A DNA stretch of 54,138 nt, from assembly GCA_045648065.1 (NCBI GenBank), contig JAZRNG010000098.1, positions 1-54,138 of the forward strand, in the 5' to 3' direction. The position numbers and the translations under genes were made by a program. The number at the start of each line of letters is the position of its first letter. Position 1 is the first letter of the stretch. The notes below the pieces were generated by a model, which did no database searches, was not told where the DNA came from, and worked only from the letters and a program-made list of their open reading frames with translations. Source of the DNA: Acutalibacteraceae bacterium. GTDB lineage: Bacteria; Bacillota; Clostridia; Oscillospirales; Acutalibacteraceae. Shown here piece after piece: positions 1-8,231 of this stretch.

Positions 1-25
1 ATTTGAACTTTTTTCTAAAAAAGAC

Positions 26-54
26 TTGAAAAAATAAAAATATTGTGATATTAT
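26..54 (+). promoter_or_regulatory. sigma-A-type promoter for tRNA-Thr
   Basis: TTGAAA (26-31), 17-nt spacer, TATTAT (49-54), about 28 nt upstream of the tRNA 5' end. Confidence 0.5.
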
Positions 55-82
55 AGTCTGCGTTCGATACAAACAAATATTT

Positions 83-158
83 GCTGCTATGGCTCAGGTG
101 GTAGAGCACATCCTTGGTAAGGATGAGGTCGGCGGTTCGAGTCCGCCTAGCAGCTCCA
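83..158 (+). tRNA. tRNA-Thr, anticodon GGU, CCA encoded
   Basis: Hand-folded cloverleaf. Acceptor GCTGCTA/TAGCAGC, D stem GCTC/GAGC, anticodon stem CATCC/GGATG with loop TTGGTAA, T arm GGCGG-TTCGAGT-CCGCC, then TCCA. 76 nt. Confidence 0.95.
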
Positions 159-162
159 ACAA

Positions 163-200
163 GAAAATCCGTTCTCGTGTGAGAGCGGATTTTCTTATTT
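163..200 (+). terminator. rho-independent terminator after tRNA-Thr
   Basis: 14-bp stem gaaaatccgttctc / gagagcggattttc (one G-U), loop gtgt, followed by a T-rich tail. Confidence 0.75.
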
Positions 201-407
201 ATAAATATTTCTTTTAGATTATTTAAGATTCTAATAAACCATTCAAATTAACTTTGTTTATTTTATACATAAATATTCCAAACAAAAAAGAATATTTTTA
301 CCTGTTAAATTTACAAAAAAATATTTACAACTAAAAAAAAATGGAGTATATTATTTTGTATTAAATATATTTTTTATATTTAAATCTATCGTAAAGGAAG
401 ATGTACA

Positions 408-1442
408 ATGAACGTAATGGAAGAAATTACAAAATGGGGACATGAAAAAGTTCTCTTTGTAAACAACGAAGAAGCAGGTTTGAAAGCTATTATCGCTGTT
501 CACAACACTAACCTTGGTCCGGCTATCGGTGGTTGCCGTCTCTGGCCGTACGCTTCAGAAGAAGAAGCTTTGTTTGATGTTCTTCGTCTTTCAAGAGGTA
601 TGTCACATAAGAACGCTGCTGCAGGTCTTAACTTTGGCGGTGGTAAAGCTGTTATTATTGCTGATCCTTCACAGAAGACAGAAGCTATGTTTGAAGCTTT
701 CGGTGAAGCTGTAAACGCTCTCGGTGGTTGTTACATTACAGCTGAAGACGTTAATACAGACTGCGATGATGCTCTTATCATTGCTCGCAAGACAAATCAT
801 ATCTGTGGCCTCCCGCACGTAAGCGGTGACCCGTCACCTTACACAGCAATCGGTGTATTCCAGGGTATCAAAGCTACAGCTAAGGTACTTAACGGTACAG
901 ACAACCTTGAAGGTCTTACAATCGCTGTTCAGGGCCTTGGTAAAGTTGGTTATGACCTTTGCCGTCATCTTCATAAGGCAGGCGCAAAGCTCATCGTTGC
1001 TAACCTTGAGCAGTCTAAGCTTGATATGGCTGTTGAAGAGTTCGGTGCTACAGTAGTTTCAGTTGATGAGATTCTCTCACAGGAATGCGACATCCTTGCT
1101 CCTTGTGCTCTTGGTGCTGTTGTTAATCCGACTAATATTCCTAAGTTTAACTGCCGCGCTATCGCTGGTGCTGCTAACAACCTTATCCTTGATCTTGAGT
1201 CAGGTGAAGCACTTAAGGCAAGAGGCATCTACTACGCTCCTGACTTCATCATCAATGGTGGTGGCGTTATCAATGCTGCTGCTGAAGCTGCAGGTGATTA
1301 CAACGAAGAAGCTGTACTCGAAAAGGTTTATAACATCTACAACACTATCGAGAAGATTCTTCTTGAGTCTAAGGAAACAGGTGAGCCTGAAGGCGTTATT
1401 GCTACAAGATTCGCTGAAGAGCTTATCTACGGCACAAAATAA
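408..1442 (+). CDS. Leu/Val/Phe-type amino acid dehydrogenase (Glu/Leu/Phe/Val dehydrogenase family)
   Basis: 344 aa. N-terminal catalytic region with NFGGGKAVI (catalytic Lys motif), Rossmann motif VQGLGKVGYDL. Size fits the short Leu/Phe/Val dehydrogenases rather than GDH. RBS AAGGAAG upstream. Confidence 0.8.
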   Translation: MNVMEEITKWGHEKVLFVNNEEAGLKAIIAVHNTNLGPAIGGCRLWPYASEEEALFDVLRLSRGMSHKNAAAGLNFGGGKAVIIADPSQKTEAMFEAFGEAVNALGGCYITAEDVNTDCDDALIIARKTNHICGLPHVSGDPSPYTAIGVFQGIKATAKVLNGTDNLEGLTIAVQGLGKVGYDLCRHLHKAGAKLIVANLEQSKLDMAVEEFGATVVSVDEILSQECDILAPCALGAVVNPTNIPKFNCRAIAGAANNLILDLESGEALKARGIYYAPDFIINGGGVINAAAEAAGDYNEEAVLEKVYNIYNTIEKILLESKETGEPEGVIATRFAEELIYGTK

Positions 1443-1455
1443 TTATCCGTTACAT

Positions 1456-1490
1456 AAATCCGGGTCAATTTGACTCGGATTTATTTTTTT
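1456..1490 (+). terminator. rho-independent terminator
   Basis: Stem aaatccgggtca / tgactcggattt followed by tattttttt. Confidence 0.75.
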
Positions 1491-1556
1491 ATTCTCTTTC
1501 CTTTTATGTAATTTTATGTTATAATGAATTGAAATACACGAAAGGAACTGTTTTAT

Positions 1557-2942
1557 ATGGACAATAAGCTTTCTAAGCGCCTGTGGATTAATATTCTCCT
1601 TTTTAATTTCATGGGTGCAGTTGCCTGGAATGTTGAAAATATTTATTTCAATACATTCCTTCACAACTACGTTTATGCCAATGCAGCTGAGGGTGCTGCA
1701 GAAAAAGTTATGACAACACCTGATGCAATAAGCATTATGGTTGGTCTCTCTGCCTTTACTGCAGTTACTACAACATTTATCATGGGTACTTTAAGTGATA
1801 AAATCCGTAAACGTAAGATTTTTATCTCTGTCGGATATACTCTTTGGGGTATTATCACTGCAACTTTCGGTTTGATCTCCCATGAAAATATGGCGAAAAT
1901 TTTCAATCTTACAGATGGTGCGCAGATTCTTCTCGCTACTGTTTGGGCGGTAATTATCATGGACGTTCTTATGACGTTTATGGGCTCAACCAGTAATGAC
2001 TCCGTTTTCCATGCTTGGGTAACTGACGTTACAAATACAAAAACCCGACCCAAGGTCGAAACAGCCTTTGTTTTCATCGGCTTTATATCTATGGCTGTTG
2101 TAATGGGCATCGGATCACTTGCGCAGGGCGGTATAATTTCTTACAAAGCATTTTTCCTTGGTCTTGGTGCTGTTGTTACATTTTGCGGTATCATTGGATT
2201 CTTTTTACTTAAAGATCCTGAGCCTAAAACAGTAAAAGAATCTAATTCCAACTACTGGAGTGATCTTTTCTACGGTTTCAGACCTTCAGTCATTAAAACA
2301 AATTCCAGACTTTATCTGACGCTCGCATCAGTTTGCTTCTTCTCGGTTGCGGTTCAGGTATTTTTCCCGTATCTGTTTATCTATCTTCAGGAAGTTATTA
2401 TACCCGCTAACTCTGAGATTAATCTGATTTCAGCAGGTGTAATCATACCTGCAGTATTGGCAGTTGTAATAATGATTGTCGGAATCATTGTACTTATGAA
2501 GATATCCGATAAGAATAAAGCTTTAGGTCTTGTACCATCAGTTCTACTTATGGCTTTAGGTTTATTCATTCTTTCTACGACGACTAATGTTATCGGTGTT
2601 CTCTTCGGTGTAGCACCTACTGTCATCGGTTATCTTGTATTGACAATTCAGTTAAACGCTGCTATCAAGGACTTTATACCCGCAGGTAAAGCAGGTTTGT
2701 TCCAGGGTATCAGAATGATTTTTGTCGTTTTGATTCCTATGGTTGTAGGTCCGTTTTTCGGTGCACTTGCAGCTAAGACATCTGATGTTCAGTATGAAGA
2801 ATATGGAAAGATGATAACACTTCCGTCAGAAAAGATGTTCCTTTTCGGTGCAATTATAACTCTTCTTGTTTTCATTCCTCTCATTCCTTTGATCAAGAAA
2901 GGTTTTGAAACTAAAAAATCCAAGTCATACAAGAGAAGATAA
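1557..2942 (+). CDS. MFS-type membrane transporter
   Basis: 461 aa, about 12 hydrophobic segments in a 6+6 layout with a central loop. Substrate not inferable. Confidence 0.6.
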   Translation: MDNKLSKRLWINILLFNFMGAVAWNVENIYFNTFLHNYVYANAAEGAAEKVMTTPDAISIMVGLSAFTAVTTTFIMGTLSDKIRKRKIFISVGYTLWGIITATFGLISHENMAKIFNLTDGAQILLATVWAVIIMDVLMTFMGSTSNDSVFHAWVTDVTNTKTRPKVETAFVFIGFISMAVVMGIGSLAQGGIISYKAFFLGLGAVVTFCGIIGFFLLKDPEPKTVKESNSNYWSDLFYGFRPSVIKTNSRLYLTLASVCFFSVAVQVFFPYLFIYLQEVIIPANSEINLISAGVIIPAVLAVVIMIVGIIVLMKISDKNKALGLVPSVLLMALGLFILSTTTNVIGVLFGVAPTVIGYLVLTIQLNAAIKDFIPAGKAGLFQGIRMIFVVLIPMVVGPFFGALAAKTSDVQYEEYGKMITLPSEKMFLFGAIITLLVFIPLIPLIKKGFETKKSKSYKRR

Positions 2943-2948
2943 AAACAA

Positions 2949-2980
2949 CCCCCTTACTATTTAGTAGGGGGGCTATTTTA
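2949..2980 (+). terminator. probable rho-independent terminator
   Basis: GC-rich stem cccccttacta / tagtagggggg, weak T tail. Confidence 0.55.
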
Positions 2981-3046
2981 TACAAAATAACTTACTTGAC
3001 TAAACTTAGATTTAATGATAAAATCATGAAAAAGAGGAGGATTATT

Positions 3047-4474
3047 ATGAAGAAAACTTTTAACATTTTAATTTCATTTATACTGGTTATTGCGTTTATG
3101 GTCGGTTCAGTTACATGCTTAGCTACTGAGTTAAATGACGATGCAGCAAACTTACATAAAGGGCAATATCAGAACTATGTTCTTTTGGGTGACAGCGTAG
3201 CAAGCGGTTACCGTGATCAGATTACTGAGAATGACAGAGAGTTTAACCGAGCAAATCAGGAGACAGTGTATCACAGAGTACCCGGATCATATGCTGATAT
3301 TATTGCTGATGCAATTATTGATGATGGTTCTATGACTGCTTTTGCTGCTCCGGGTTTCAGAACCATTGAAATCCGCTATATGCTTGAAGATGATTTTACC
3401 GAAACTGACGATTATCTGTTCCATCCTAGTCAGCTTGATGCTGTTGGTTTTGCGGGTAGCGAAGAGTACAGAGCTGCTTATAAAAAAGCTATTGCAGAAG
3501 CTGATCTGATAACACTTGGTGTCGGTGGCAATGACTGGGGCGCATATCTTACCTGGGTTGTAGCTGATGTACTTGAAAAAAAGAATGTTGCTGATGAATA
3601 TATGAATAAACTTCAGGAAATTCTTGAAACAAGTTCAATGGATATGAGTACTGTCGAGTCACTTGTCGATGTCGCCCACCTTGCAGGTGCACTTCCTGAG
3701 CTTCTGACGACTATCCCATCAGCACTTGAATATGGTCTTGGAAACTTCTATAAAAACTGGGATATAATGATCCAGGATATTTACGATCTTAATCCTGACG
3801 TTACTCTTATGGTTGTCGGTATGAGCGATAATGGTGTAAAAGGCAAATACTACGACTACGATGGCGTTATAGGTGAAGAAATCTCAGGTGTCAGTGCCGG
3901 TGATGATGCAGCTGTAGTTTCTGGTTCGATTGTAGATCTTATCATGGAAGTGGCTAATAAGCCAATGATCGATGGAGCTGAAAAATTTGGATATACATAT
4001 GTAGATACTGCCGGAACAACTTATGTTGATAGCCATCCGGATGCAGACGGACATATTCATATTGCAAATAAGATAATCGAGTCACTTCCGGATCCTGTGA
4101 TTTCAGATGTTCTTGAAGATATGAAACCCGGTCACAAATACTATAATGACGTAGAATATGTTCTGATGAATAATATTATGTCAACTACATCGGAAACTAC
4201 CTTCAGCCCGGATACGGCGTTGACAAACGGTCAACTTAATCATGCATTAAACGTAATATGTAATACCGATTATAATACTGACGATAGTTCAGAGGTAAAT
4301 GTTATTACGCTTGCTTTTGCTTTTATACGTAACGGTTTTGACAAAGGATTTAGCGGATTCTTTAATTCTTTTTCGCTTTGTTTCAGAGTTTTGAGTGAAA
4401 GCGGATTCAAACTTACTTCATCAGTTTCCCGTGCTAAAGCTGCTGATTATTTCAGAACTTTTTCTCAGATTTGA
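3047..4474 (+). CDS. secreted SGNH/GDSL-family hydrolase with a C-terminal SLH-like module
   Basis: Start moved to the ATG at 3047, 7 nt after AGGAGG. The track start at 2996 is a TTG without an RBS. Signal peptide MKKTFNILISFILVIAFMVG. SGNH blocks LLGDSVASGY, GVGGNDW and DSHPDADGHIH. C-terminal YYNDVEYVLMNNIMSTTSETTFSPDTALTNGQL resembles an S-layer-homology repeat. Confidence 0.7.
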   Translation: MKKTFNILISFILVIAFMVGSVTCLATELNDDAANLHKGQYQNYVLLGDSVASGYRDQITENDREFNRANQETVYHRVPGSYADIIADAIIDDGSMTAFAAPGFRTIEIRYMLEDDFTETDDYLFHPSQLDAVGFAGSEEYRAAYKKAIAEADLITLGVGGNDWGAYLTWVVADVLEKKNVADEYMNKLQEILETSSMDMSTVESLVDVAHLAGALPELLTTIPSALEYGLGNFYKNWDIMIQDIYDLNPDVTLMVVGMSDNGVKGKYYDYDGVIGEEISGVSAGDDAAVVSGSIVDLIMEVANKPMIDGAEKFGYTYVDTAGTTYVDSHPDADGHIHIANKIIESLPDPVISDVLEDMKPGHKYYNDVEYVLMNNIMSTTSETTFSPDTALTNGQLNHALNVICNTDYNTDDSSEVNVITLAFAFIRNGFDKGFSGFFNSFSLCFRVLSESGFKLTSSVSRAKAADYFRTFSQI

Positions 4475-4552
4475 TACTCTCAGAGATTTGATTTCACTTG
4501 ATTTTTATATAATTATATGTTAAAATTCTTTCATACATTAAGGGGTGGTAGT

Positions 4553-4711
4553 ATGATTGCATCGGGTTTAGAGTATATAGGAAAATTGACACCCGAAGAG
4601 CGTAAATACATTGAAGCCATACGAAACCTCTCTGAAGAACAACAGAAAGAACTTTTCTTGAGCGTTGAAAAACAATTTAATGGAATCAACAAAAATGATG
4701 ATAATAAATAA
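4553..4711 (+). CDS. small hypothetical protein (52 aa)
   Basis: ATG at 4553 preceded by AAGGGGTGG. Charged helical composition. Followed by a strong terminator. No recognisable family. Confidence 0.4.
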   Translation: MIASGLEYIGKLTPEERKYIEAIRNLSEEQQKELFLSVEKQFNGINKNDDNK

Positions 4712-4716
4712 CTAAC

Positions 4717-4752
4717 AAAGCACTGTCAGATTTGATTCTGACAGTGCTTTTT
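4717..4752 (+). terminator. rho-independent terminator
   Basis: 14-bp perfect stem aaagcactgtcaga / tctgacagtgcttt, then a T tail. Confidence 0.85.
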
Positions 4753-4831
4753 AGTTAAACCTTTTTTATTTTATATAAATATTTTACTCTTCAGAGACAG
4801 CAAGGCTATTCAAAAGCTTGCAAGAGAAAAT

Positions 4832-5170
4832 ATGACTCTCGCACAGAAGATCAAAGCCTGGATTGATGACTTTGTAAAGAACATCAAGAAAGCATTTGAA
4901 GGTGTCAGTGCAAAGAGTCAGGAAGCGGTTATTCTTGAACAAACCCTCGGAGATATGACCGAGTTGCAGAATATGTGGGACGAAGCTCTTGAGGATGCTT
5001 TGAGAAAATCGAAGGAGAAGGGTACGGGTGTAAGTGAACAAGTTACCAACTACATTAATCATACAATCCGAAAATGTAAGGATGTCGAAAAGAAGTACGA
5101 AATTTACACATTTAAAAATGTGCGATTTGGTGGAACAACGTTCCGTGTGTGCGAGTCAGTGTTCTACTGA
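4832..5170 (+). CDS. hypothetical protein (112 aa)
   Basis: The plus-strand ORF has a protein-like K/E-rich helical composition. The competing minus-strand ORF 4784..5062 looks like an antisense shadow. Weak RBS. No recognisable family. Confidence 0.4.
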   Translation: MTLAQKIKAWIDDFVKNIKKAFEGVSAKSQEAVILEQTLGDMTELQNMWDEALEDALRKSKEKGTGVSEQVTNYINHTIRKCKDVEKKYEIYTFKNVRFGGTTFRVCESVFY

Positions 5171-5179
5171 CTCTTTCTT
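5153..5179 (+). terminator. possible terminator hairpin overlapping the stop of the 112-aa ORF
   Basis: gagtcagt-gttct-actgactc followed by tttctt. Confidence 0.4.
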
Positions 5180-5200
5180 GGTGGAGATGGCGGTAACCGA
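5179..5200 (-). repeat. truncated direct-repeat copy of the tmRNA 3' end (att-like)
   Basis: tggtggagatggcggtaaccga matches 5352-5373 (tggtggagatggcggtaatcga) at 21/22 positions (22/23 counting the next shared base), with the first 18 nt identical. Same orientation as the ssrA 3' end. Confidence 0.85.
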
Positions 5201-5275
5201 AGCTCTCGCTTCGGTCATTGCTTCGCAATCTTTCGCATTTTGTGTCCCTTTTGCTGTCGCAAAAGATGTACGATT

Positions 5276-5292
5276 GCGGTTTCGATTACCGC
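5276..5292. repeat. inverted 17-nt copy of the tmRNA T-arm
   Basis: gcggtttcgattaccgc is the exact reverse complement of 5363-5379 (gcggtaatcgaaaccgc), including the 7-nt loop. Confidence 0.85.
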
Positions 5293-5300
5293 GTATAAAC

Positions 5301-5346
5301 AAAAAATCCGAAACCGTCGCCGATTGGCAATAGTTTCGGATTTTTT
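5301..5346 (-). terminator. rho-independent terminator of ssrA (bidirectional shape)
   Basis: 14-bp arms aaaaaatccgaaac / gtttcggatttttt. On the minus strand the stem is followed by TTTTTTGTTTAT. Confidence 0.8.
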
Positions 5347-5351
5347 GATTT

Positions 5352-5700
5352 TGGTGGAGATGGCGGTAATCGAAACCGCGTCCGAAAACCCATTCCCGCA
5401 ACTTTCTACGAGTATAGTTTATCTTTTAAGATTCCCCTCAGACAACGCCGACAAACAGGCTTTATCCTACGGTAGCTTTTAATGCGTGATGTGCTTCAAA
5501 GCTACCGGCACATTCACGTTCACCACTGATCGACACCCTTATTCAGTCCGTGGTACTACTGAACAGGATGGGCCGCATTAAGCAGCCATTAATTTTGTAT
5601 TGTTGTCGTTTATTTTTAATAAACTACGGATTTTATAGTGGTCCCGCACCACTACTCGCTTATCACAGTTCAGAATCCCCGTCGAAATCCTTTCATCCCC
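5352..5700 (-). ncRNA. ssrA: tmRNA (SsrA), 349 nt
   Basis: The minus strand starts GGGGATGAAAGGATTTCGACGGGG and ends GGACGCGGTTTCGATTACCGCCATCTCCACCA (T-arm plus acceptor with G3-U pair). The internal tag frame reads GAC AAC AAT ACA AAA TTA ATG GCT GCT TAA, with the stop at 5578-5580. It lies 3 nt downstream of smpB. Confidence 0.93.
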
Positions 5701-5703
5701 ATA

Positions 5704-6168
5704 TTATTGAAAACGTTCCTTCATCGCTCGTTCGATGTTTCTGGCTGCATCTTTTTTAGCGGCGACATCACGTTTATCATAAAGTTTTTTACCTTTGCAA
5801 AGACCAACCTTAACCTTAGCTCTGCCTTTCTTAAAATAAACAGAAAGGGGAATAAGGGAAAGACCATCCTGCTTAACTGTTCCGAAAAGTCGGTTGATTT
5901 CTTTTTTATGCATCAAAAGCTTTCTGACTCTTAACGGATCGCGGTTAAAAATGTTGCCGTGATCGTAAGGACTGATGTGCATACCGTTGACAAAAATCTC
6001 ACTATCAATTATGTTGCACCAGGAATCTTTAAGATTGATTTTACCCTGTCTTATCGACTTGATTTCAGTGCCGAACAGCTCAATTCCTGCCTCATATTCT
6101 TCCAGAACAAAATAGTCGTGATAGGCTTTTTTATTCTGTGCAACAGTTGAATTTTCTTTCTTTTCCAT
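5704..6168 (-). CDS. smpB: SsrA-binding protein SmpB
   Basis: [36 protein letters not shown] and a basic C-terminal tail. ATG at 6168 preceded by AAAGGAG. The track start at 6195 is a TTG. Confidence 0.92.
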   Translation of the reverse strand: MEKKENSTVAQNKKAYHDYFVLEEYEAGIELFGTEIKSIRQGKINLKDSWCNIIDSEIFVNGMHISPYDHGNIFNRDPLRVRKLLMHKKEINRLFGTVKQDGLSLIPLSVYFKKGRAKVKVGLCKGKKLYDKRDVAAKKDAARNIERAMKERFQ

Positions 6169-6198
6169 CCCATCACAACTCCTTTCGTTCTGCAATAA

Positions 6199-6639
6199 TT
6201 ATTTATAAAATCTTCCACTGTTTGTTTTTGAATAGCGGGATTTTTTCTGATCTTTTTCGTTCTTTTTAGCAATAGCATTATACTTCTTCTTAAAATCTTT
6301 TGCACCTTTGCCTGTACCCGATTTTTTAAGTTTATCTTTAGCTTTCTTTTCAGCCTGAAGATCCGGGTTTTCTTTGTAGAAAATCATACTTCCGCCAATA
6401 ACCTGAACAACCTGAGATCCTGTAGCCGCAGCAAGCTTTTCTGCAATTTCTCGTGGTGATTCAGGAGCTGATTCAAGAAGAACTTTTAATTTAATGAGTT
6501 CATGCACTCTGAGAGCATCACTTGTCTGAGCAATCAAAGCATCCGATATTCCACCTTTGCCAACCTGAAAAAGCGGTTCAAGTCTATTTGCCTGACCTCT
6601 GAGTTCTGCTCGTCTTTTACTAGTCATTTTTTCTTCCAT
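6199..6639 (-). CDS. yhbY: YhbY/CRM-domain RNA-binding protein with a Lys-rich C-terminal extension
   Basis: LRGQANRLEPLFQVGKGGISDALI, LIKLKV and IGGSMIFYK match the YhbY fold. About 45 extra K-rich residues. GGAG RBS. Confidence 0.75.
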   Translation of the reverse strand: MEEKMTSKRRAELRGQANRLEPLFQVGKGGISDALIAQTSDALRVHELIKLKVLLESAPESPREIAEKLAAATGSQVVQVIGGSMIFYKENPDLQAEKKAKDKLKKSGTGKGAKDFKKKYNAIAKKNEKDQKKSRYSKTNSGRFYK

Positions 6640-6650
6640 ATTTTTCTCCG

Positions 6651-7238
6651 TTAAATATATTCCTTTAATTCCTGTGCAAGTCGTCTTAAAGCTTTGCCAC
6701 GATGACTTACCTTATCTTTTTCTTCTGCGGAAATCTCACCGAAAGGTTGACCGTTACAGTTAAATAAAACATCATAACCAAAACCGCCATTTCCGTGCCT
6801 CTCATGGAAAATTGTACCCTCACAAGTATCAGTTACGCTAAGCTTTCTTCCGTCAGGGAATACGCAGCACACAGCACAAACAAACCTCGCTGTACGTTCT
6901 TCATCAGGCACATTTTCAAGCTCTTTAAGCAACTTATCGTTATTAGCCTCATCATTACCGTGAACGCCACAGTAACGTGCCGAATAGACGCCGGGAGCAC
7001 CGTTTAAAGCATCAACAACAAGTCCTGAATCGTCAGCTATACATGGTAAACCGCTATCCTCACAACCTGCCTGGGCTTTAATAAATGCGTTTTCCTCAAA
7101 ACTTATTCCATTCTCTTCGACATCTCTCAATGTACAACCAATATCGCTATCAGTAACAATTTCAATACCAAGAGGGGAGAGGATCCTCTCTAATTCAGCT
7201 CTCTTCTTTTTATTATGGGTTGCAATAATTATTTTCAT
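6651..7238 (-). CDS. rdgB: non-canonical purine NTP pyrophosphatase (RdgB/HAM1 family)
   Basis: MKIIIATHNKKKRAEL, SGLVVDALNGAPGVYSARY, GGFGYDVLF, SHRGKAL. Confidence 0.9.
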   Translation of the reverse strand: MKIIIATHNKKKRAELERILSPLGIEIVTDSDIGCTLRDVEENGISFEENAFIKAQAGCEDSGLPCIADDSGLVVDALNGAPGVYSARYCGVHGNDEANNDKLLKELENVPDEERTARFVCAVCCVFPDGRKLSVTDTCEGTIFHERHGNGGFGYDVLFNCNGQPFGEISAEEKDKVSHRGKALRRLAQELKEYI

Positions 7239-8212
7239 TCAACAACATCCTCTTCGTTTGACTTAGGTATAAACATATTATCATCATCATGTTTTACTTC
7301 ATTATCAAACAGTCCGTCAGCAAAAGCTTTAGGATTGAACGGTTGAAGATCATCGATCTGTTCGCCTACGCCTACAAATTTTACGGGAACTTTGAGATCG
7401 TTCTTGATTGCAAGAACGACACCGCCCTTTGCTGTTCCGTCAAGCTTTGTAAGTACTATACCGGTAATCTCACAGACATTTTTGAAATCACGGGCCTGAT
7501 TAACTGCATTCTGTCCCGTAGTAGCATCAAGCACAAGAAGACTCTCACGGTCGTTGTAGGGGAGTTCTTTATCGATGATTCTGTAAATTTTCGCAAGTTC
7601 ATCCATAAGATTTTTCTTATTGTGAAGTCTGCCTGCCGTATCACAGATAATAATATCTGCATCACGAGCCTTACCCGCCTGAATAGTGTCATATACTACA
7701 GCAGCAGGATCAGCTCCCTCGTGGTGCTTAACAATATCGACACCCGCACGGTTTGCCCAAACCTCAAGCTGGTCAATAGCAGCTGCACGGAAAGTATCAG
7801 CAGCACCAAGAATAACTTTTTTACCCTCGGCTTTATACATAGATGCCATCTTACCGATAGTTGTGGTCTTGCCTACACCATTAACACCAATAACGAGTAT
7901 AATCGAAGGCATAGTTACAAGGCCCATATCTTCTCCGCCTTCAAGCATTTCAGCAACAATCTCTTTGATTGCACCTTTTACCTGTGAAGACTTCTTAAGG
8001 TGTTTTTTAGAAACATACTCGCGTAACTTTTCGCAGATCTCGGCAGCTGTATTCATGCCGACATCGCCCATAATCAGTATCTCTTCAAGATCGTCGTAAA
8101 GCTGGTCTGTAATATCTTCATTTTCACTTATGACTGCATCAATAGCACCAGATATGCTTTCACGTGTTTTTTTCAGTCCGAAGCTGAATTTTTTAAATAT
8201 ATTAAAAGCCAT
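7235..8212 (-). CDS. ftsY: signal recognition particle receptor FtsY
   Basis: SRP GTPase motifs GVNGVGKTTTIGK, DTAGRLH and TKLDGTAKGG. 4-nt overlap with rdgB. Confidence 0.93.
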   Translation of the reverse strand: MAFNIFKKFSFGLKKTRESISGAIDAVISENEDITDQLYDDLEEILIMGDVGMNTAAEICEKLREYVSKKHLKKSSQVKGAIKEIVAEMLEGGEDMGLVTMPSIILVIGVNGVGKTTTIGKMASMYKAEGKKVILGAADTFRAAAIDQLEVWANRAGVDIVKHHEGADPAAVVYDTIQAGKARDADIIICDTAGRLHNKKNLMDELAKIYRIIDKELPYNDRESLLVLDATTGQNAVNQARDFKNVCEITGIVLTKLDGTAKGGVVLAIKNDLKVPVKFVGVGEQIDDLQPFNPKAFADGLFDNEVKHDDDNMFIPKSNEEDVVE

Positions 8213-8231
8213 TATTATTCCTCCTGATAAA

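Noticed and set aside
195-407. AT-rich 213-bp leader upstream of the dehydrogenase gene, with recurring AAATATT-like words, as a possible riboswitch, T-box or CodY operator array
   Set aside because: I could find no conserved riboswitch or T-box core elements and no clear CodY-box match (AATTTTCWGAAAATT). The repeats are short enough to arise from AT richness alone.
2996-3046. Longer N termini given by the ORF track, for example 2996 for the SGNH hydrolase, 16112 for the membrane protein, 13781 for the SEDS protein and 43869 for the lipoprotein
   Set aside because: The upstream starts lack RBSs or overlap terminator hairpins. Downstream starts have well-spaced Shine-Dalgarno sequences and give normal signal peptides or N termini.
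5352-5700. Group I intron or two-piece (permuted) tmRNA as the explanation for the duplicated 3' end
   Set aside because: The tmRNA is contiguous, of normal length (349 nt), and has an intact 5' acceptor strand, tag frame, T-arm and CCA. The second copy lies beyond the ssrA terminator and has no 5' partner strand (GGGGATG).
5034-5934. Several overlapping track ORFs of 69-99 aa across 5034-5934
   Set aside because: They cover the tmRNA gene, its terminator and the att-like repeat. The RNA gene explains the region, and none of the ORFs has an RBS or a protein-like composition.
7289-7987. Long plus-strand ORF (232 aa) opposite ftsY. Similar long antisense ORFs lie at 27995-28621, 33751-34260, 49289-49930 and 50126-50758.
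   Set aside because: Each lies wholly inside a strongly motif-supported minus-strand gene and has low-complexity, Ile/Phe/Asn/Ser-rich composition with no RBS. These are typical antisense shadow ORFs of AT-rich coding DNA.
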